Positions 59,165-64,000 of a stretch of DNA of 64,000 nt are shown piece by piece. The DNA comes from Blastocatellia bacterium (GTDB lineage: Bacteria; Acidobacteriota; Blastocatellia; Pyrinomonadales; Pyrinomonadaceae), in contig CAVQUD010000009.1 in NCBI GenBank assembly GCA_963716755.1, positions 15,477-79,476 on the forward strand, written 5' to 3'. Each line of letters opens with the position of its first letter. The first letter of the stretch is position 1. The notes under the pieces are model-generated. The model was not told the origin of the DNA, did not search any database, and worked only from the letters and a program-made list of their open reading frames with translations. The position numbers and the translations under genes are program-made.

Positions 59165-60613
59165 ATGAATCGCAGTAATATTTGGATACACGTCACGTTG
59201 GCAGTGGTTTTGATCGCGTTTGCGGCTGTGCTCGGGCAGATCGACCGCTGGCGAGCGGCGCTAACGGTGCCGACGACTCAGCCGCAGATTCGCGCCGTTC
59301 GCACGGGTGCGGACGATCCGATCGTCAAGACGGGCGTGCCCGAAGTCTTAGTGCGATTCAAGCCCGGTGTTACGCTCGACAAGATCCGCGAGATCGCCGC
59401 GAAGAATAACGACAAGCTTGCAGATGAGATCGAGGCTGTAAAAGGCCTGACCAGCATCGACGATCTCGACAACGCCGATGCGACGACGGTCGCGGCCCAG
59501 TATGCCGCGATGAGCGACATAGTCGCCTACGCCGAGCCTAATTTCGAGATCAAACTCAACGATCCCGTGCAGAACGAGACGCCGCGTGACCTGGTCCATC
59601 GTGAGACGGCAACGGACGGCCCGAACGACCCGATGTTTGCCGATCAGTGGGCACTCAACAATTTAGGCCAGGATGGCGGCACTCGCCGTGCAGATATCGA
59701 TGCACTCGAAGCCTGGCAAACGACGACCGGCAGTGAAGAAGTAGTTGTCGCCGTGCTCGACACGGGCGTCGATTACACGCATGAAGACCTTCGCGAGAAT
59801 ATGTGGATGAGACCGTCGAATGTTCCGGCCTACAGTGACGACGAACTCGGCGAGTTCAACGATCTGCGCGGCTACAACGGGACGGACGCGGCGGCCGATC
59901 CGATGGACGACAACGGCCACGGAACGCATTGCGCGGGCATTATCGGCGCGGAAGGTGATAATAACATCGGTGTCACAGGCATCAATTGGAAGGTCAAGAT
60001 CATGCCGCTCAAGTTCTTGGGTCGCGGCGGTTTTGGTTCGACCGACGATGCGATTGCGGCGATCAATTACGCCATCGACCGCAAAAAGGCCGGCGTAAAC
60101 CTCCGCGTCATCAGTGCGAGCTGGGGCTCGCGTTCGCGGTCAAAAGCGCTTGAAGATGCTATCCGTGCAGCCGGCGAAGCGGGCATTTTATTTATCGCCG
60201 CTGCCGGCAACGACGGAACTGACAACGACAAGCGACCACATTTCCCCTCAAATTATGATCTCCCGAATGTGCTGAGTGTCGCTGCACTCGACCGAAGTGA
60301 CGCACTTGCATCATTCTCCAATTTCGGCGGCAAGACCGTTCACGTTGCCGCTCCGGGCAAGGATATTCTTTCGACGTGGCTTAACAACGGTTATCGCGAA
60401 GCGTCAGGCACCTCGATGGCCACGCCGTACGTCTCCGGCGTCGCTGCGTTGATCATCGCCAACGACCCGAACATCTCGGTAAAGGACCTTCGCAAGCGTG
60501 TGCTAGAGACGGGTGACAAGCTCGCCGTTCTGAACGGTCGCACCGCCTCCGCCGGCCGCATCTGCGCCGCTAACGCATTGGCGGGACGCACTCAGAACCA
60601 TCTGGCACACTAA
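59165..60613 (+). CDS. S8 family (subtilisin-like) serine peptidase with N-terminal anchor and propeptide
   Basis: Catalytic triad VAVLDTGVDYTHEDL (Asp), HGTHCAGIIGA (His), GTSMATPYVSGVAAL (Ser). N-terminal TM IWIHVTLAVVLIAFAAVL. Confidence 0.9.
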   Translation: MNRSNIWIHVTLAVVLIAFAAVLGQIDRWRAALTVPTTQPQIRAVRTGADDPIVKTGVPEVLVRFKPGVTLDKIREIAAKNNDKLADEIEAVKGLTSIDDLDNADATTVAAQYAAMSDIVAYAEPNFEIKLNDPVQNETPRDLVHRETATDGPNDPMFADQWALNNLGQDGGTRRADIDALEAWQTTTGSEEVVVAVLDTGVDYTHEDLRENMWMRPSNVPAYSDDELGEFNDLRGYNGTDAAADPMDDNGHGTHCAGIIGAEGDNNIGVTGINWKVKIMPLKFLGRGGFGSTDDAIAAINYAIDRKKAGVNLRVISASWGSRSRSKALEDAIRAAGEAGILFIAAAGNDGTDNDKRPHFPSNYDLPNVLSVAALDRSDALASFSNFGGKTVHVAAPGKDILSTWLNNGYREASGTSMATPYVSGVAALIIANDPNISVKDLRKRVLETGDKLAVLNGRTASAGRICAANALAGRTQNHLAH

Positions 60614-60737
60614 CTTACCATTTGGTCTAATCGGGACAGAAAACGTCGAGAACGGCCGTTCTGACCGCAATCTTCATTTCTCTTAACACATTCTAAATAC
60701 TAGACTTAGCTGCTCTGCGACGTCTCCGCATCCGGTT

Positions 60738-60752
60738 TGGCACACGTTTTGC
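60738..60752 (+). promoter_or_regulatory. candidate sigma-54 (-24/-12) promoter
   Basis: TGGCAC-ACGTT-TTGC matches TGGCAC-N5-TTGC in both blocks and in spacing. Lies ~60 nt upstream of ATG 60813. The 14-bp palindrome AGAACGGCCGTTCT lies ~85 nt further upstream. Confidence 0.5.
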
Positions 60753-60812
60753 CCTTACCCGTAGTGAGCAATGGCCAGAATCATTGCCTAGTACTACCAA
60801 TGGGAGAAAACA

Positions 60813-61376
60813 ATGAACAGAGTTAAGAGAATTATAGGATTGATGGCATTTTCCTTGATGATCCTGGGCTTGCCGGCCATCGCTTCGGCCCAGTGGCGTA
60901 ATGATGACGATTACAACCGGAATGGCCGCAACGGCGGCTACGGGAACGGCCAGTACGGCGGATACGGTAACACGAGTTCGACGGTCCGGAACCTGAAGCG
61001 CAAGTCGAACCAGTTTGAACGGACTGTCGATCGCGAACTCGACCGCAGCCGTTACAACGGGACAAACCGTGAGGACCAATTCATGGACCTCGTGCGTAGC
61101 TTTGACAACGCGGTTGACGACCTCAGCACCAGTAACAATAGACAGAATGCGAACGAAGTTCAGAATGTGCTTCGGATCGGTTCGCAGATCGACAGGTCGA
61201 TGGCTCGGCTTCGCCTCAGCGGCCATTCGGTCCAGCTGTGGAACGCGATCGAGTATGACCTGAACGCCCTCTCGAACGCTTACGGCTACAACAACGGTCG
61301 CCGCAATCGAGGTTGGGGCAACGGACGGGGCAACGGCAATACGGGCAACAACCTGCCGAGCTGGTGGCCCTTCTAA
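60813..61376 (+). CDS. secreted hypothetical protein with Gly/Asn/Arg-rich termini
   Basis: Signal LMAFSLMILGLPAIASA. GRNGGYGNGQYGGYGN near the N-terminus and GRRNRGWGNGRGNGNTGNN near the C-terminus. Followed by a strong terminator. Confidence 0.6.
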   Translation: MNRVKRIIGLMAFSLMILGLPAIASAQWRNDDDYNRNGRNGGYGNGQYGGYGNTSSTVRNLKRKSNQFERTVDRELDRSRYNGTNREDQFMDLVRSFDNAVDDLSTSNNRQNANEVQNVLRIGSQIDRSMARLRLSGHSVQLWNAIEYDLNALSNAYGYNNGRRNRGWGNGRGNGNTGNNLPSWWPF

Positions 61377-61402
61377 GAGAAACCTGCTCCACAATTTCCT
61401 AG

Positions 61403-61438
61403 GCCCGCATCCATTCAGGATGCGGGCTATTTTTGTTT
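61403..61438 (+). terminator. rho-independent terminator
   Basis: GCCCGCATCC-ATTCA-GGATGCGGGC followed by TATTTTTGTTT. Confidence 0.8.
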
Positions 61439-61473
61439 AGAGTGCAGGCTTCAAGCTTGTATACTCTGAACAC

Positions 61474-62301
61474 ATGCCTGGAACGCTCTACCTCGTCGCA
61501 ACGCCGATCGGCAACTTGCAGGACATCAGCCTGCGGTCGCTCGACGTGCTGCGCGCCGTAGACCTGATCGCGTGCGAGGACACGCGGCACACACGGAACC
61601 TGTTGAACTACTTCCGCATATCGAACCGCACGATCAGTTATCACGAGCACAATGAACAGGAACGGGCCGAAGAGCTTGCCGACCGTTTGGTCGCGGGTGA
61701 ATCGATCGCGATCGTCTCAGACGCGGGAACGCCTGGGATCTGTGACCCGGGCTTTAGGATAATTAAACGTGCGGTCGAGATTGGCGCTCAGGTCGTTGCT
61801 GTGCCAGGTCCGGTTGCGTTCGTCGTCGCGGCCGTGGCATCAGGTTTGGCAACAGACTCCGTATTTTTTGGCGGGTTTTTGCCGTCAAAAAAGGGTGAAC
61901 GCCGACGGCGTCTCGAAGACGTCCGGGACATTCCGGCGACGCTCATTTTTTATGAGGCACCACATAGGCTCGCTAAGTCGCTCGACGACTGTGTCGACGT
62001 TCTGGGTGATCGAGGGGCTGTCGTGGCAAGAGAACTCACCAAACTCCATGAAGAGGTCGCTCGCGGCACATTGCAGGAACTGGCCGACCGCTATAGGGGC
62101 CAAAAGGTCAAGGGTGAGCTGGTGCTCATCATCGGTCGTAGCACAAATGACGCACAGAGGCATCCTCCGGACCTGACGCTTGCGGAGCGCATCGAGCAGT
62201 TAGAAGCGGACGGCCTTGATCACAAAGCCGCTCTGAAGAAGGCTGCCAAGGAATTCGGCCTCAGAAAGTCCGAGGCCTACCGTCGCGTTAACGATCTCTA
62301 A
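61474..62301 (+). CDS. rsmI: 16S rRNA (cytidine1402-2'-O)-methyltransferase
   Basis: LYLVATPIGNLQDISLRSLDVLRAVDLIACEDTRHTRNLL, IAIVSDAGTPGICDPG. Confidence 0.9.
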   Translation: MPGTLYLVATPIGNLQDISLRSLDVLRAVDLIACEDTRHTRNLLNYFRISNRTISYHEHNEQERAEELADRLVAGESIAIVSDAGTPGICDPGFRIIKRAVEIGAQVVAVPGPVAFVVAAVASGLATDSVFFGGFLPSKKGERRRRLEDVRDIPATLIFYEAPHRLAKSLDDCVDVLGDRGAVVARELTKLHEEVARGTLQELADRYRGQKVKGELVLIIGRSTNDAQRHPPDLTLAERIEQLEADGLDHKAALKKAAKEFGLRKSEAYRRVNDL

Positions 62302-63929
62302 CGTTGCGTCAGATCAGGCGGCAATTTCTTATCGACTGCCGGCCGCTTTTTCAGGTTTGTCAGTTCCCACAAAGTAAGCATGATCGTCCGCGTCACTTTT
62401 TCCATCTTTTGGTAATCGATCTTGTCAGCGTGGTCGCCGGCCCCGTGATAATCCTCATGCACACCGTCGAACCAGAATGCGACGGGAATTCCGTTCATTG
62501 CATAGTTAAAGTGATCTGAGCGGAAAAAGAAGCGATTCGTGTCCTTCGGATCGTCGTACATGGTGTTGTAGCCAAGGCCAAGGTAGGCCTTGTTCGTGCC
62601 GTCAACGATCGAGCCGAGCGTTGAGCTCATCATGTCCTTACCGATGACATAGATGTCGTTCTCGCCGGTGAGGTCTTTGTTTTTGGGATTCGTATCGTCC
62701 GCCTTTCGGCTGCGGCCGATCATGTCGATGTTCAACTGCACGATGACGTTTTTGATGTCGACAGTTGGGAACTTATTAAAGTACTCGCTGCCCCACAGCC
62801 CCTTCTCCTCGCCGCAATGCCATACAAATAGTACCGAGCGTTTCGGCCTGATCGACGACCGGGCGAGGGCCTCGGCGATGCCAAGCACCGCGACCGTACC
62901 GGAACCGTCGTCATCGGCCCCATTGAATATTTTATCGTCTCCCGGCGCATTAGGATTGATCCCGACGTGGTCGTAGTGTGCACCGACGGCGACCATCTCT
63001 TGCTTCAGAACAGGATCGCTGCCTTCCCAGATGGCAACGACATTCTGCGACCACTTTGTATCCTCGACGCCTGCACTGTTCATCCGGGCGGTTTTGGTCA
63101 GCGCAAACGCTGTAGCCGAACCTTTATCTCCCGCCTCACCGGCAAGGATCGCATCACCGGCAGATGCTGAGATCAGCATCATAGGGAAGTCGCCTACTTC
63201 CTGTCCACGAAGCTTCGTTGGCACAGTGCTTCCGCGACCCATAAAATTACCCAACTGGGGCCAAAAGCCCTGCACCTGAGGCGAGGCGATGACCAGCATT
63301 CCGACCGCGCCGTTCTGGCGGGCGTATGCTACAGGATCGGCCCAATCAAGGCCCTTGGTGCCTTTGACGTCGTCGTCGGTGACCCCGGCCGGCCGGCCGG
63401 TAGGGCTCGCCGGCCGCGGCAATCCGTCCCCGTACACGACGACTATTTTGCCTTTCACATCGACGCCGCGATGAGCGTCAATGTTCTTAGAACGGACCAT
63501 CCACCCGTCACGGACGAAAACGAGCGGCGCGTCGAGCCGCGCGTTACCCGAGAGGCGAAAGAAATCCGCGATCATCGAAAAACTTCGTTCGCCGACCGCA
63601 AGTGACGTATTTTCCGCATCAACCTTGCCCGAACTGATTGCGATCTTTTGAAAAAAAGTACCGTTGTCGCCGGCGGGCTTAAAGCCCCAACGTGACAGGT
63701 TCATTGCGATGAACTTGGCGGTCAGGTCGAGGCCTCGGGATGGTGTGTCGCGGCCTTCCATTTCGTCGGATGCGACGAAATGCAGGTAATCGCTAAGTTG
63801 TTTTGCCGTGACACCCTCGGCCATTTTGCGTTCAGCATGACTTAGGCGGACGACCGGGGCGGACTGGGCAAAAAACGTTTGAATTAACAAGGTCCCTGTC
63901 AGCAGGACCGCGATTGTGAACTTTCTCAT
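62298..63929 (-). CDS. M28 family peptidase with PA domain, secreted
   Basis: Signal MRKFTIAVLLTGTLLIQTFFAQS. AHYDHVG, GADDDGSGTVAVLGIAEAL, HCGEEKGLWGSEYF. Its stop overlaps the rsmI stop (convergent). Confidence 0.85.
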   Translation of the reverse strand: MRKFTIAVLLTGTLLIQTFFAQSAPVVRLSHAERKMAEGVTAKQLSDYLHFVASDEMEGRDTPSRGLDLTAKFIAMNLSRWGFKPAGDNGTFFQKIAISSGKVDAENTSLAVGERSFSMIADFFRLSGNARLDAPLVFVRDGWMVRSKNIDAHRGVDVKGKIVVVYGDGLPRPASPTGRPAGVTDDDVKGTKGLDWADPVAYARQNGAVGMLVIASPQVQGFWPQLGNFMGRGSTVPTKLRGQEVGDFPMMLISASAGDAILAGEAGDKGSATAFALTKTARMNSAGVEDTKWSQNVVAIWEGSDPVLKQEMVAVGAHYDHVGINPNAPGDDKIFNGADDDGSGTVAVLGIAEALARSSIRPKRSVLFVWHCGEEKGLWGSEYFNKFPTVDIKNVIVQLNIDMIGRSRKADDTNPKNKDLTGENDIYVIGKDMMSSTLGSIVDGTNKAYLGLGYNTMYDDPKDTNRFFFRSDHFNYAMNGIPVAFWFDGVHEDYHGAGDHADKIDYQKMEKVTRTIMLTLWELTNLKKRPAVDKKLPPDLTQR

Positions 63930-64000
63930 TGCTTCTCCAAAAAAAAAGATGTGCTCAATAATAGCCGACGATTCTACGCGTTTTGCGGGGATTTTGTTTC

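Noticed and set aside
60693-61394. 233-aa minus-strand ORF covering the Gly/Asn-rich protein gene
   Set aside because: The plus-strand ORF has a signal peptide, a purine-rich ribosome-binding region, a candidate promoter and a canonical terminator. The antisense ORF has none of these, and it runs through the terminator.
62298-62301. Convergent overlap of the rsmI and M28 peptidase stop codons (CTAA) with no terminator between them
   Set aside because: It is real in the sequence, but this is a common compact-genome arrangement and no further signal is attached to it.

Overview
The window is bipartite. Positions 1 to ~10,505 are very GC-rich and carry a Burkholderiales-type housekeeping block: lspA-ileS-ribF on the minus strand, an HNH nuclease, a membrane class III nucleotidyl cyclase, two acyl-CoA dehydrogenases, purN and the 5' part of rsmB. 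Almost every gene in this block is broken by single-base indels. At ~10,500-10,512 rsmB and a convergent DUF4349 lipoprotein gene both lose their distal ends at the same point. G+C, codon bias, indel density and protein flavour all change there, so I read the contig as a chimeric join (or another non-biological concatenation) rather than an island. The remaining ~53.5 kb has visibly lower GC and comes from a different, non-proteobacterial organism (Acidobacteriota-like, by inference only). It is dense and mostly housekeeping. Its genes include a sigma-54 two-component operon, a PBP-type transpeptidase, rnc, lepB, psuG, ruvC, fahA, three tandem GT25-like paralogs, fdhD/ydeP-like/mobA, purF, tmRNA, murI, rph, a MazF-type TA pair, fabG, a rhomboid, trmB and def. 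It also carries an ~8-kb polysaccharide locus, a TonB-dependent receptor, ferredoxin, glpX, a B12/radical-SAM protein, ppsA, an S8 peptidase, rsmI and an M28 peptidase. About 15 further single-base frameshifts are scattered through this part. I found one tmRNA and no rRNA, tRNA, CRISPR array, transposase, integrase or reverse transcriptase. The most unusual signal is non-genic. Six spacers between co-directional genes are filled by imperfect palindromes whose arms are tandem arrays of a private 7-10-nt unit. One of these palindromes (a 29-bp inverted repeat, 28/29 complementary) encloses a complete four-helix-bundle (23S-IVS/Avd-like) gene as its loop. Other candidates are a near-consensus sigma-54 promoter in front of a Gly/Asn-rich secreted protein, a frameshifted MazF-like TA pair, a secreted protein with an internal ~92-aa duplication, and a deacetylase-GT2 fusion in the polysaccharide locus. 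All coordinates and motifs were read by eye from the sequence and ORF track, and no database search was run.
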